Below are positions 10,201-19,350 of a stretch of DNA of 55,891 nt, in pieces. How positions within the stretch are numbered: position 1 is the first letter of the stretch; every line of letters begins with the position of its first letter. The position numbers and the translations under genes are program-made. The stretch lies in the IMG/VR virus record IMGVR_UViG_3300044821_000052, positions 1 to 55,891 of that record. One strand, 5' to 3'. Source of the DNA: a virus (taxonomy: Duplodnaviria > Caudoviricetes). Under the pieces are notes generated by a model. That model saw only the letters and a program-made list of their open reading frames with translations. It was not told the origin of the DNA and searched no databases.

Positions 10201-10454
10201 ATGTGCAAGGTGTTAATGACACCAGTGCGCAAGCTAGTACTGCGGTCACTAACATGGTCACACCAAACATCACAGCAGGTGGAATTATTGGTGCTGCTGC
10301 GGCGGCGCTATTCGGCCCAGGATCCATCAATATTTCATTTGCTGGTGTAGTACCAACTAATGGTCAAGCGATGACTGTAGGCCAGCAGGTTGGGCAAGGC
10401 ATTGCTACTGCGCTACAACAACGTGGTGTCACTGACCGGCCCAAGAGTTTGTAG
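7224..10454 (+). CDS. Tape measure protein
   Basis: 1076 aa; FAAVTPF and QSETLKGVFSTFKD tape-measure domain; Leu/Pro amphipathic and Trp-spaced repeats; C-terminal HSPSKVF. Confidence 0.95.
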   Translation: MTDIDTASVLIVPDLSKFDSETREGVTSGLADIEPAVREMVDAIERAFADLADQIHTDLQDIKITIQTDLVDGVEAAISSMAEDVDKNFADMAMTADTTFAEIAVSAADTAASSSAALVLGADDAGKSYEALAVKAKTSLDSIGTSAKTAGEKTSTGISSFLGSAALLGGVMAVGTGLASITKSGLTSAANIEQLKISFDQLTGSVQAGDKQYQDLVNFAAVTPFQMQDISATAQRFDAFSKTVGMTQSDLIPFLTTMGNVVSVTGGGAEQFNQVSHAMGEMASRGKLTLMNLNEMSGAMPGFNGALAIANVTGKTEADVLKEISKGQISAKDGMADLLKGMQQFPGAAGAMQKQSETLKGVFSTFKDVVAQNLTGAFATSIPEIKNALVQITPIIGDALAKIGPQIGNILSSLMQFAGPLVSALSSILTPLLGALATGLGPIGAVLQPLGVALGQVATAIAPVLTMAGQLVGALGTELTPIIASLAPALSGLMTGLQPIVTAMLPSFSLMGSTLGTVLLPVMQALGKIFAVLGPPIGQLVSLLGQALSPILGALGPIVEQLLNALSPLWPVIAQLIAPVGQLLVAFMPLIDIVAQLLVLAVDIAAPFIKLAAVLIKLLTSKAIAPLLKMIADALGWVLKWLQPVAGWLEKVDVWFNKLNWGKIASAIGHALLDAWKAVSGFFSKLPGEIWGWLTSVGDTIGKFFSALPGKIWGWLVGIGDAIGKFFASLPGLLWKGLQAIPGLIATAVQSWFHTFFFGIGYMIGGIYLAFTKLPVMIWHVITDLWTTAWNLWVAGATAIYNFTMSIPSRISAIWTFLKTAIIGIILDLWHGAINWWNQFKSDIEKIFDDAKNDVINTAKDLYNGVLWVFTVLPGKVRDYVVKLWDDAKTLFHDGVRDVTNFMNNLPSNASKAMSDMWSAIKSALGDVGSWFEDIGKNMLKGLINGVKAGLNDAIGAVKSAMNDIVKGAKSALGQHSPSKVFAEIGKMTVAGYVQGVNDTSAQASTAVTNMVTPNITAGGIIGAAAAALFGPGSINISFAGVVPTNGQAMTVGQQVGQGIATALQQRGVTDRPKSL

Positions 10455-10462
10455 GAGATCAT

Positions 10463-11956
10463 ATGTCATTTCTTACCGCAACTCTTGACACTGCGCATGG
10501 CGGTGTGCAGATCATTTGTGACACGAGAGAAGGCATTGACGGCTTTAGCCGCACAGTTAGCAACGGCTGGGGCAACGCTGATGACGGGCAACCATACACA
10601 ATATCAGGCGGTTCTTCATCTAACTATAGTGTCGCGCCAGGTGTTGGCTCAATCGTAATGAGTAGTGTCAATGTCAGTCGTGAAGTAAGTGTCATTAGTG
10701 ACCATTTGAACGACTTTGATATGAAGATCACTACTGGCATTTCAGCAGTTGCGACCGGTGCACCCATTAGTGTTGGGCTGCAAACACGTAAGGTAGATAC
10801 CAGTAATTACTACCTAACAGAACTCGTGTTCAACACAGACGCAACATTACTATTGCGATTCAGTCGTATGGTAGGTGGTGTACTTACCACTGGATTCGCA
10901 TCTATCTTGGTGCCTAATCTTGCAACGACTGCTGCTGGTAACGCCACATACAATGGGTCAAGTGCCATCACTGTACGTACCCAGGTAATTGGCACGAAAC
11001 TTCGTGCAAAGGTTTGGGACAGTAGTGTCAATGAACCTACATCATGGCTGCTACAGGCCACTGACACTAATATAGCTGGGTTAGCTGGCATCGGACTGCG
11101 GGTTATTGCTAACACAGGAAATACTAACTCCAGTCCTACTGCGTACTTTGTGAACTTACTAATTCCATGTGATGCTGGCGTATCACTCTTTCGTATAACA
11201 CCCGATGGAACTACTACGCCAGTACGTGGTAATCCAGTCATATCATCGAATAATCAAGCATTATTCTTTGATGATGAAGCACCACTTAACACAAATGTGT
11301 ACTATGGAATGAACACAAACATTGGTACTGCATCGTCCAACACCGTGGTCATCACCGGTGGAAGTTACGACATTGGCTGGTTAAAGGATCCGACGACACC
11401 ATCACTTGATGTGCCTATCGTATTCCAGAATGAGCCAAAATCGGATTGCGCGTACCCAGTTGGTGTGACGCTGACCAATATCGAATCTGAGACGTTTGCT
11501 ACTGCCAATGGCATGTTTGAGATTGTTAATGCAGCAAATCCTGCTATCGTGTCAATGTTGCGTAAGTCTCTTAGTGCAACGATCCATCTAGTCACGCAAT
11601 CATTGGCTGATGCTGCAGCCCTTGAGGCATTGCTGGGTACAGGTCGTGTGCTGCTGCTACAACTGCCCAGTGAGTACGGCTGGAGCTCACAGACGTATAG
11701 CTCGACATACATCAATGTGCTTGATGTTGCACGCAATCGTATGCCGAGTCAAGATAAGCGGCACCCACAGCGTGAGTATGTCTTTACGGTGCGTGTCACA
11801 AATGTACCTGCATCAACGATTAACCTCACTGGTGCGAATGGTATTGGACTGGGCCGCTGCACCTATGGAACTATGCAAGCAACTGGTTTGACGTATGGTG
11901 CATTGAATGCCACAAACTACCAGTACATGGAAATTGCACAAGGACTGGGATACTAA
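10463..11956 (+). CDS. Minor tail protein (Dit-like with lectin-like insertion)
   Basis: First gene after TMP; DDEAPL and WLKDP motifs; beta-rich insert ending LRAKVW..EPTSW. Confidence 0.7.
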   Translation: MSFLTATLDTAHGGVQIICDTREGIDGFSRTVSNGWGNADDGQPYTISGGSSSNYSVAPGVGSIVMSSVNVSREVSVISDHLNDFDMKITTGISAVATGAPISVGLQTRKVDTSNYYLTELVFNTDATLLLRFSRMVGGVLTTGFASILVPNLATTAAGNATYNGSSAITVRTQVIGTKLRAKVWDSSVNEPTSWLLQATDTNIAGLAGIGLRVIANTGNTNSSPTAYFVNLLIPCDAGVSLFRITPDGTTTPVRGNPVISSNNQALFFDDEAPLNTNVYYGMNTNIGTASSNTVVITGGSYDIGWLKDPTTPSLDVPIVFQNEPKSDCAYPVGVTLTNIESETFATANGMFEIVNAANPAIVSMLRKSLSATIHLVTQSLADAAALEALLGTGRVLLLQLPSEYGWSSQTYSSTYINVLDVARNRMPSQDKRHPQREYVFTVRVTNVPASTINLTGANGIGLGRCTYGTMQATGLTYGALNATNYQYMEIAQGLGY

Positions 11957-13053
11957 TGGCATGGACAATTGATGCTGTGACATCTACGCTACTGGGTAAT
12001 GGTGTAGTCGTCAAGCCAATCATTACTGTCATTACACCGACACAGTCAGTTATCATATCCGTTGAAGACTCACAGTCTCAAGTGACGTACGACATTGGTA
12101 GCGCGCAAGTTCGGCAAGCAACACTCACTGTTGACAAGTCAATCATCGACGCTGGGCTGCTCAACCCGCTAACTGATCGTGTGTATATTCGTTGGCATGT
12201 AGAAGGCGGATACGACATCCCGCTCTTCACGGGACGAGTCACCAGCGTGCAAGATGTTGCGACAGGTGTTGTTACTGTTACATGCATGGACTACATGGAC
12301 GATGTGAATGCAGACCAGTTCCCAACGCCATGGACTGCCCGTGGGCCGTATGTGCGTGATGAAGTCACAAACATGATTAAGAATGTAGATGTCACATTTG
12401 GTGTTGACATGACTCAGCTGGGTGCTGCTGCGCTGATTCCTGTACTCCAACAGACATGGGAAGATGATCGTGTTGGTGCTATTAGTCAGCTAATGCAAGG
12501 TATTAATGGACTTATCCAGTCTGACCGTGTTGGCGGATTCGTTGGGTTCATCAATCCGTTCTATACTGCATCACCACCAAATGTTGCGACATTCATTGAC
12601 GGACAAAACGGCGCCATCATCACGATGCAGCACACTAGGTCACGCACTGATATCTATAACTCCATCACAGTCATCGTTGAGCGATCTGACGGAAGTGCAC
12701 CTATCAGTGTCACAGCATATGATAACGACCCATCGTCACGGACGTTCTATGGCGGACCATTTGGAAAGCGTAATAAGAATGTCAAGCTTCAGACGCCTGT
12801 CGCAACAGATCAGGCGCAACTCATGGCAGTGCGTATCCTACGGCAATCCCTAGCACTTACTGAAACCTGGCAATGGTCAGTTCCATGCAACCCACTATTG
12901 GACCCCGGTGATGTGGTTACCGTATGGTACAAGAATGTCATTGCACCAATCATGATTGAGTCAATTACGTTTCCACTTGCTGCGATCACTGCAACTAGCA
13001 TGACAGGTCGTCGGTTACAACTGCTTGACCCTTCACTCGTTGGTATTGTGTAG
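11956..13053 (+). CDS. Minor tail protein (tail tip hub)
   Basis: SRTDIYNSI, YGGPFGK, NPLLDPGDVV motifs. Confidence 0.75.
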   Translation: MAWTIDAVTSTLLGNGVVVKPIITVITPTQSVIISVEDSQSQVTYDIGSAQVRQATLTVDKSIIDAGLLNPLTDRVYIRWHVEGGYDIPLFTGRVTSVQDVATGVVTVTCMDYMDDVNADQFPTPWTARGPYVRDEVTNMIKNVDVTFGVDMTQLGAAALIPVLQQTWEDDRVGAISQLMQGINGLIQSDRVGGFVGFINPFYTASPPNVATFIDGQNGAIITMQHTRSRTDIYNSITVIVERSDGSAPISVTAYDNDPSSRTFYGGPFGKRNKNVKLQTPVATDQAQLMAVRILRQSLALTETWQWSVPCNPLLDPGDVVTVWYKNVIAPIMIESITFPLAAITATSMTGRRLQLLDPSLVGIV

Positions 13054-13064
13054 AAAGAGATCTG

Positions 13065-13316
13065 ATGCAGCCGCTGTCACAGCCCAGTATTCCACGTAAG
13101 CTCCAGAGTGTGCAGGACCAGGTCACTGCGTTGGCTGTGCGCATTGGAGTCATCTCTGCATTCAATACGACATCTGGTGGATGGACTGTCACTATTGGTG
13201 GCGTGGATACATTATTCACACCTGCATGCCTCAGTAGTTACACACCAACACTGGGTGATACGGTAGTTATTTTGAAGTATGATACCCAGTGGATCGTGCT
13301 GGGTGCTATTTCGTAG
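13065..13316 (+). CDS. Small minor tail protein
   Basis: CLSSYTPTLGDTVVIL..WIVLGAI; position after hub gene. Confidence 0.65.
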   Translation: MQPLSQPSIPRKLQSVQDQVTALAVRIGVISAFNTTSGGWTVTIGGVDTLFTPACLSSYTPTLGDTVVILKYDTQWIVLGAIS

Positions 13317-13328
13317 ATCGGAGTATTT

Positions 13329-14051
13329 ATGACCACCTATAGCACTGACCAGCAATTGGTCCTACCTGTCAATACTGATGGCAATGATGTTGTCACGCAT
13401 ATTGGTCTCTTGGTAGAGGGATTTAGCAATGATGGTGTTGAGTCTCGTCTAGTCAAGCGGTACCTATCCAGTACTGATAGGACTGCACGAAACCCTACAC
13501 CCAACCAAGGTGAACTATCGTATCTTGACAATGTCAAAGAACTTGACTCATACGATGGTACTAACTGGCAGTACGTGTGGAGTTTGGCTGCACCACGTGG
13601 AATCATTGTTACACCGAATCAGACGCTGCTGGCAAGTCCAGGAACGTCCTCCACAACGGAAACCAAGGACACCTCACTGGGTGATTATACTTTCACTGCT
13701 GTAGCAGGACGACGGTATCGCGTCACGCTATCAAGTGCCATCATGTCCGGCACCGTAGCTGGTGACTGGTTCGCCATTCGTATTCGTGACGGTGGAGCCT
13801 CGTCGCCTACCAGTGCATCAACGTTCATCGGTGGAATGACCTTCCACCCTAAGGTGAGTAACACGACTGCAAGTCGTGAAAATGGCACCATGTCCTGCAC
13901 GATTAACACATTGAGCGCAGGTACACATACGCTTGGTGTGTTCATGCAGCGCACCGGAGGCACGGGTACGATGCAGTTGGACTCACCTAACTCTGATGGT
14001 GTCGGGTCGGGTTACCGCGAGCTCTACGTGGAGGACATCGGTAACGTGTGA
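13329..14051 (+). CDS. Minor tail / receptor-binding protein
   Basis: DRTARNPTPNQGELSYL..YDGTNW shaft motif; C-terminal ELYVEDIG. Confidence 0.7.
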   Translation: MTTYSTDQQLVLPVNTDGNDVVTHIGLLVEGFSNDGVESRLVKRYLSSTDRTARNPTPNQGELSYLDNVKELDSYDGTNWQYVWSLAAPRGIIVTPNQTLLASPGTSSTTETKDTSLGDYTFTAVAGRRYRVTLSSAIMSGTVAGDWFAIRIRDGGASSPTSASTFIGGMTFHPKVSNTTASRENGTMSCTINTLSAGTHTLGVFMQRTGGTGTMQLDSPNSDGVGSGYRELYVEDIGNV

Positions 14052-14083
14052 TGTTGCGTGGGATATGCGGAGTATAATATACT

Positions 14084-14770
14084 ATGCACAACTATGCAGT
14101 CATCCCCACGTACAATCGGCCACGAGAACTATCTCGCTTAGTATCTCAACTGTCAGAAATTGACGTTGCATGCATCATCATTGACAATGGGTCAAACCCA
14201 CCGGCGATTGATCAACTCGATAACGCACACACGGTATTGAGTCTCAGTGTTAAGACGAAGCCGCCTAGGCTGTATTACATGTGGAATCTCGGACTTACCA
14301 TTGCTGAAGATGATGCTATTGGTCATGGTGAGACTGAGTGGAACGTGGCCATTCTGAACGATGATGCCATCATTCCCGCTGGGTGGTGGGACATCGTTGA
14401 AGAAAATTTGCGTGGGCAACACGGACCGTATGGAAGTGTGGAGCCATGGGTGGCGAGTACACATCAATGTAATCCCATTGATGAACGCATCATTCATACC
14501 AAGCCGAACACGAACGTATTCAATCGCATGTGCCCTTGGGCATTCATGATGCGCGGCGAGACTGGGCTGCTTGCTGACCCAACGTTCAAGTGGTGGTGGG
14601 GTGATACTGATTTTGAGTGGCAGGCATCTTGTGAAGGTGGTGTCGTCATCGCCCCTGGGCCTGTCGTCATCAATGAATTTGCGAACCAGTCAACACAGGG
14701 TGAATTAGCCGTGCAAGCAGGTCTTGACCGTGAGGCATTTGCTCGTAAGTGGGGGAAGTGTCCCTGGTGA
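14084..14770 (+). CDS. GT-A (GT2-like) glycosyltransferase
   Basis: AVIPTYNRP, IIDNGS, ILNDD, WWWGDTD. Confidence 0.85.
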   Translation: MHNYAVIPTYNRPRELSRLVSQLSEIDVACIIIDNGSNPPAIDQLDNAHTVLSLSVKTKPPRLYYMWNLGLTIAEDDAIGHGETEWNVAILNDDAIIPAGWWDIVEENLRGQHGPYGSVEPWVASTHQCNPIDERIIHTKPNTNVFNRMCPWAFMMRGETGLLADPTFKWWWGDTDFEWQASCEGGVVIAPGPVVINEFANQSTQGELAVQAGLDREAFARKWGKCPW

Positions 14771-15396
14771 GTGTCGTGTATGGATGCGTAACGAACTCAC
14801 TTGATCGTGTCAAGCAGTACGTGTTGCCACGGATTGGTGATCGTGAACTCATCTTGATGTGGAACCAGACGTCGATAAGCAAGGCATACAACGACATCGC
14901 TAAAATGATCGTTCATCGTCATGATGTCAAGATGCTCGTGTTGCTCCATGATGACCTCGAGTTGACCGACCCAGATGCTGAGCAGAAGTTCCTTGAAGTG
15001 TTTGATGATCGTCGAGACGTTGGTGCAGTTGGCGTGGCTGGGGCCAACAATGTTAAGAGCATCGCATGGTGGGGCGCCGAGACAGTCGGGCACCAGCAAG
15101 TCGACACTGGACTATTGACGTTCACAAGACGTGGGCCCTTATCCGTGGAGTACCTTGAAGGCAGCGTCATGGCTTTTAGTCCTGATGTGTTCCGACAGGG
15201 CTTGTGGTTTGATGAAGACTACACCGGATTCCATGGGTATGACGACATCGGAGTATCGCTGCGTCGTGCAGATTGGGACGTCGTTGTCGCAGACATCGAC
15301 ACGCACCACCATACATCATTAGGATTTAAGTCACCTGAAAGCGCAGAGTCATGGCGTACTGCTGACAGAATCTTTCGTAGGAAGTATGGACTTTAA
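14749..15396 (+). CDS. GT-A glycosyltransferase
   Basis: SISKAYN, LLHDD, VGVAG, FDEDYTGFHGYDD. Confidence 0.8.
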   Translation: MGEVSLVSVVYGCVTNSLDRVKQYVLPRIGDRELILMWNQTSISKAYNDIAKMIVHRHDVKMLVLLHDDLELTDPDAEQKFLEVFDDRRDVGAVGVAGANNVKSIAWWGAETVGHQQVDTGLLTFTRRGPLSVEYLEGSVMAFSPDVFRQGLWFDEDYTGFHGYDDIGVSLRRADWDVVVADIDTHHHTSLGFKSPESAESWRTADRIFRRKYGL

Positions 15397-15959
15397 TGAG
15401 ATCTGACATCACAGTGGTGATTCCCACCATTCCTCCACGGCAGGACATGCTCGCTCGAGCGGTAGCGTCAGCCGTCAACCAGACACTGACACCAGACGCC
15501 CTCAGTGTGGCCGTGGACACCGAACATGGCGGGGCAGCAGTAGTACGCCAACGTGCACTTCGGACCGTAGACACGGTCTGGGTCGCATTCTTAGATGATG
15601 ATGATTGGTTCTTTCCGCAGCATCTTCGGACACTTATGTCTATTGCACGCGATGCCGATGCCGATTACGCTTACTCGTGGTTTGACGGCAACGATCCATT
15701 CCCTCAGCATCGTGGCAGGCAGATGGATCCTGCCAATCCTCACCACACGACGATGACGATCCTCGTGAAGACTGAGCTAGCGAAGATAGTAGGATTTGCC
15801 AACCATCCAGACGCAAATGTCGTGTGGACTGGTGAGGATTGGTTGTTCACACAGAAGTGTATCGAGGCTGGTGCTAAGTTCATCGGCACAGACCAGGTCA
15901 CGTGGTTTTACAACGTCCATAGCGGGAACACGAGTGGGTTAGGATCACGATGGTTATGA
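15396..15959 (+). CDS. GT2 glycosyltransferase
   Basis: TVVIPTIPPR, AFLDDDD, GEDW. Confidence 0.85.
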   Translation: MRSDITVVIPTIPPRQDMLARAVASAVNQTLTPDALSVAVDTEHGGAAVVRQRALRTVDTVWVAFLDDDDWFFPQHLRTLMSIARDADADYAYSWFDGNDPFPQHRGRQMDPANPHHTTMTILVKTELAKIVGFANHPDANVVWTGEDWLFTQKCIEAGAKFIGTDQVTWFYNVHSGNTSGLGSRWL

Positions 15960-16555
15960 CGGGCATCAGTGTTGTTATCCCAGTGCACCCAGCGCGCCTC
16001 TACAATGGCATGCTAACACGCGCAATCATGAGTTCACTTTACGAGCAGACATTGAAGCCAGACACTCTGCACATAGAGTTGGACACATCACGTGAAGGAT
16101 CCGCGGTAACACGTACTCGCGGACTGATGCATGTCTCCACAGAGTGGACTGCATTCCTCGATTCTGATGATGAATTCATGTCACATCATCTCAGCACACT
16201 CGTTGACAACACGAGTGATGATGTCGATGTCATCTACACTGGGTGCGAAGTTCGTGACCCCAATGGGAACTCAGTACCATTGATTGATGAGTGGGGACGA
16301 TTCGGCAAGGAGTTCGATCCTAAGCTGCTTAACGAGATGTCGTATCTGCCAGTCACATCACTTGTGCGCACAAACCTGGCACAAGAGGTCGGAGGCTTTG
16401 CATTCGAGGATGGGTCACCTTATGATGACTGGACCTTCTACAAGCGTATGCTATTCTCAGGTGCGAAGTTCATACACGTTCCCGAGGTGACATGGGTGTG
16501 GAACCATCACGGGCTCAACACATCAGGCAGTCCGTTAAAGGGTGATGCACGATGA
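15950..16555 (+). CDS. GT2 glycosyltransferase (paralogue of previous gene)
   Basis: SVVIPVHPAR, AFLDSDD, YDDW; shares the H.GNTSG/NTSG end with 15396-15959. Confidence 0.85.
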   Translation: MVMTGISVVIPVHPARLYNGMLTRAIMSSLYEQTLKPDTLHIELDTSREGSAVTRTRGLMHVSTEWTAFLDSDDEFMSHHLSTLVDNTSDDVDVIYTGCEVRDPNGNSVPLIDEWGRFGKEFDPKLLNEMSYLPVTSLVRTNLAQEVGGFAFEDGSPYDDWTFYKRMLFSGAKFIHVPEVTWVWNHHGLNTSGSPLKGDAR

Positions 16556-17652
16556 AGGTCTATGTCTTCCCAGCAGATGTTAGTGGATGCGGATACTATC
16601 GTCTTATCTGGCCGACACGTGTTCTGCAGGCCGCTGGGCATGATGTTCAACTCGTGTATCCACATCAACGACATGGGCTGATTAAGGCCGAAGTTGATGT
16701 CAAGACTGGGCACCCAGTTGGTGTCATTGTGCCAGATGACGCAGATGTGCTAGTCTTCCAACGAATCACGCATATCACTCTTGCGCGTGCGATACCACTG
16801 ATTCGTGCTCAAGGTAAGGCCGTTGTCATCGACATCGATGATGACCTTTCACGTATTCATCCGAGTAATCCTGCGTTCCATGCGATGCATCCTAAGAACG
16901 TGCAGCTGGGCATTAGCGAGCACTCCTGGGCTGCATGTGAAATGGCATGTCGAAATTCAACTGTTGCTCAGGTCTCCACACCTGCGCTTATTCAACGATA
17001 TGCACCAACACGTGATCGCGTATCTGTGTTGAAGAATTACATCCCAGAAAGCTATCTTGGTGTGCGACACCATGATAGCAATGTCGTTGGCTATGGCGGT
17101 GCATTGCACTCGCACTCAAATGACGTTCCTGAGCTGGGTAACTCCATTCGTCGGTTGCAGTCCAATGGCTATGACTTCATGACTATTGGTGAGATGCCCA
17201 AGACGGAACTAGTGCTTGGACTGCAGCGACCTACCATCCCGCTGGGTCCAGTACCGATCACCGAATGGGCAGGCACACTCACCAAGATTGGTATCGGTGT
17301 CGCGCCGCTTGCTGACACGCAATTCAATCAAGCAAAGTCCTGGCTTAAGATGCTGGAGATGGCGGCCGTCGGAGTGCCGTGTATAGGGTCCCCCAGAGCC
17401 GAGTACAAGGCCCTTCACAAGCTAGGGGTAGGTCTACTAGCCAACGACCCGAAAGACTGGTACAGGACGTTACAGAGCCTTATAACAGATGGCATGAAAC
17501 GGCGTGACCTTGCGGCTGCTGGGCGAGAAGTGGCGTGTCGTCTTACGATTGAGCAGAATGCATATCAGTGGCTTGAGACATGGAAGATGGCCTACGAGAT
17601 GGAACAGGTCGGTCTTCCTGACATGCTGACAGGTGCTACACGGACCAGGTGA
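16552..17652 (+). CDS. GT-B (GT4-like) glycosyltransferase
   Basis: GCGYYR, DIDDD, GVAPL..FNQAKSWLKMLEMAAVGVPCIGS. Confidence 0.85.
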   Translation: MKVYVFPADVSGCGYYRLIWPTRVLQAAGHDVQLVYPHQRHGLIKAEVDVKTGHPVGVIVPDDADVLVFQRITHITLARAIPLIRAQGKAVVIDIDDDLSRIHPSNPAFHAMHPKNVQLGISEHSWAACEMACRNSTVAQVSTPALIQRYAPTRDRVSVLKNYIPESYLGVRHHDSNVVGYGGALHSHSNDVPELGNSIRRLQSNGYDFMTIGEMPKTELVLGLQRPTIPLGPVPITEWAGTLTKIGIGVAPLADTQFNQAKSWLKMLEMAAVGVPCIGSPRAEYKALHKLGVGLLANDPKDWYRTLQSLITDGMKRRDLAAAGREVACRLTIEQNAYQWLETWKMAYEMEQVGLPDMLTGATRTR

Positions 17653-18004
17653 TCCCGCACGAGATGCAGATCTCATTCCTACCGAACACTGTGACAGATG
17701 TCGATGAGCACCCGGGGCACTTCACACGATGGCCGTCACGGCCAAGCTGCAGCCGCTGGAATCGCGATGTGCCTGCCCAGAAGCCATAGGCATCATTGTC
17801 CATTGCCCACTTCAAGCACTTGTCCTTGACTGGGCACCTGTCACACGTCTGCAGAACGACGCTGGGTACGACTACCTCAGCATCATCATTGTATAAGTCT
17901 GGGAAGAATGTTTCGGGTTCCACCGTGCCACGGCATCGACCACCATCACGAGCTGGTTCCCATGCTCGTGGCATAATGCTCACATGTACTCGATTGTCAG
18001 TCAT
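17636..18004 (-). CDS. whiB: WhiB-family transcription regulator with C-terminal zinc ribbon (alternative start 18031)
   Basis: C..FFP..CxxCPV..C..G.WAG WhiB signature, then CPGC..CISC. Confidence 0.85.
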   Translation of the reverse strand: MTDNRVHVSIMPRAWEPARDGGRCRGTVEPETFFPDLYNDDAEVVVPSVVLQTCDRCPVKDKCLKWAMDNDAYGFWAGTSRFQRLQLGRDGHRVKCPGCSSTSVTVFGRNEICISCGITWSV

Positions 18005-18014
18005 AGTCACCGTC

Positions 18015-18344
18015 TCACATCTCCTTGACATGCTTCAGTAGTTCGTTGTTCTGCTCTACGATGAACTTCAGTAGGCCGACGATCTCGGTCACACCGTATG
18101 CTGTGGTCTGTGCCAACCACCACTGATTGTCCGACACGGCTGCACGCCAGGCCGAGTCATTACTGAGCTCCTGGTTGAGCTCATAGTCCAGACTCATGGC
18201 ACGTGCATTCGTACGAACATCAATGGCCCGACGCCTGATGACCCGAACACGAAGTGTCTCACGACGGTCTGCCGCCTTGGCCCGTGCTGTGTCTGCCCGA
18301 GCCCGCGCAGCGAAAGCACTGCGCGGGTAGTCGTTGTCACTCAT
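18015..18344 (-). CDS. Hypothetical protein
   Basis: 109-aa ORF with AGGAG RBS. Confidence 0.65.
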   Translation of the reverse strand: MSDNDYPRSAFAARARADTARAKAADRRETLRVRVIRRRAIDVRTNARAMSLDYELNQELSNDSAWRAAVSDNQWWLAQTTAYGVTEIVGLLKFIVEQNNELLKHVKEM

Positions 18345-18356
18345 CTCGTTAACTCC

Positions 18357-18551
18357 TTAGTCGTCGTATGCCGCCGCTGAACCACCGAATGGAATGTCAT
18401 CACTGAACTGCTGCATCATTGCGCTCACCAGCACGCGCAGTTCATCACGACATACTGTGACCTTCGTCAACTGGTACGTGTTGTGATGGAAGATGATCTC
18501 ATAGGTGTCCATGTCCCTATCAGTTGACCGCAGAACTTCAATGTGTTCCAT
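18357..18551 (-). CDS. Hypothetical protein
   Basis: 64-aa ORF with GGGAG RBS downstream of a repeated promoter. Confidence 0.6.
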   Translation of the reverse strand: MEHIEVLRSTDRDMDTYEIIFHHNTYQLTKVTVCRDELRVLVSAMMQQFSDDIPFGGSAAAYDD

Positions 18552-18568
18552 CTCGATATCTCCCTAGC

Positions 18569-18640
18569 TCTCGTTTGCCGTACTACTTAATCATAACGCA
18601 CGATTTGAGATTTTGACATAGGTAGCACAAAGAATCTTGG
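18569..18640 (-). promoter_or_regulatory. Repeated leftward promoter, copy 1
   Basis: Minus strand AAGATTCTT..TGTCAA-17-TATGAT-TAAGTAGTACGGCAAAC. Confidence 0.7.
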
Positions 18641-18654
18641 AGAAGTTTGGCCCT

Positions 18655-18698
18655 GCATCGGCTAGGCCTGACGTTTCCGCCAAGCCCAGCCGACATGC
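18655..18698 (-). terminator. Hairpin with GAAA loop after 18701-19129
   Basis: Minus strand TCGGCTGGGCTTGGCG-GAAA-CGTCAGGCCTAGCCGA with G-U pairs. Confidence 0.55.
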
Positions 18699-18700
18699 GG

Positions 18701-19129
18701 CTAACCTCGCGTGCTCGTGATGTGGATGTCAACAGGAACGTTGTTCAACTTGATGCGCTCGTCCATGATCATGCCGGGGGAGCACCCGCAGGAACATCCC
18801 GCGACACTCGAGAAGCGAAGCTTCACATCCGAGTTGATCTCTTCGAAATTCTCTGCGAGGGTGATCAAGATCGTGCGAGCCAGATTGCAGGCAACCTGAG
18901 CATACTTCCGGTTGAACTGACGGTAGGCCTTGTCGTTGACCGCATCTTCGCCCTTCATCTTCGGCTGAGGCAGCTGGGCGTCCAGTTGGACAAGCTCGGG
19001 GGTGTTGTCGATACCCGACACGTAGATGCGAGTCTTTCCGTCGAACTTCTTGAGTCCGTCCCGGTAGCGGTCACGCCCGATGATCAGTACCTTGGCCTGG
19101 GCCTCAATGTCGAACAATTCGATGTGCAT
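18701..19129 (-). CDS. Hypothetical protein (AGCSCGCSPG motif)
   Basis: 142-aa ORF, AAGGAG RBS, GC-rich codons. Confidence 0.7.
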   Translation of the reverse strand: MHIELFDIEAQAKVLIIGRDRYRDGLKKFDGKTRIYVSGIDNTPELVQLDAQLPQPKMKGEDAVNDKAYRQFNRKYAQVACNLARTILITLAENFEEINSDVKLRFSSVAGCSCGCSPGMIMDERIKLNNVPVDIHITSTRG

Positions 19130-19143
19130 TTGGATCTCCTTGA

Positions 19144-19236
19144 TCTCGTTTTTGTTCTTGTTTGCCGTACTACTTAATCATACCACGCAGCATCGACTTT
19201 TGACCCAGTTCTGCCAAACTTTTTAAAAGAATCTTG
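19144..19236 (-). promoter_or_regulatory. Repeated leftward promoter, copy 2
   Basis: Minus strand AAGATTCTT..GGTCAA-17-(TGG)TATGAT-TAAGTAGTACGGCAAAC. Confidence 0.7.
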
Positions 19237-19287
19237 AACACGAGTGCTTCCCTGCAGTGAGGACACGTCCGTGGGGCTCACAGAATG

Positions 19288-19318
19288 AGCCGCCTGGTAG
19301 GTAGACTACCAAGCGGCT
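19288..19318 (-). terminator. 13-bp hairpin after DUF932 gene
   Basis: Minus strand AGCCGCTTGGTAG-tctac-CTACCAGGCGGCT. Confidence 0.55.
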
Positions 19319-19350
19319 GCAACATTCCTGTTACTGGCTGCACGTGCCTG

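Noticed and set aside
19240-19350. HDV-like ribozyme
   Set aside because: Could not build the nested double pseudoknot; a simple terminator hairpin explains it
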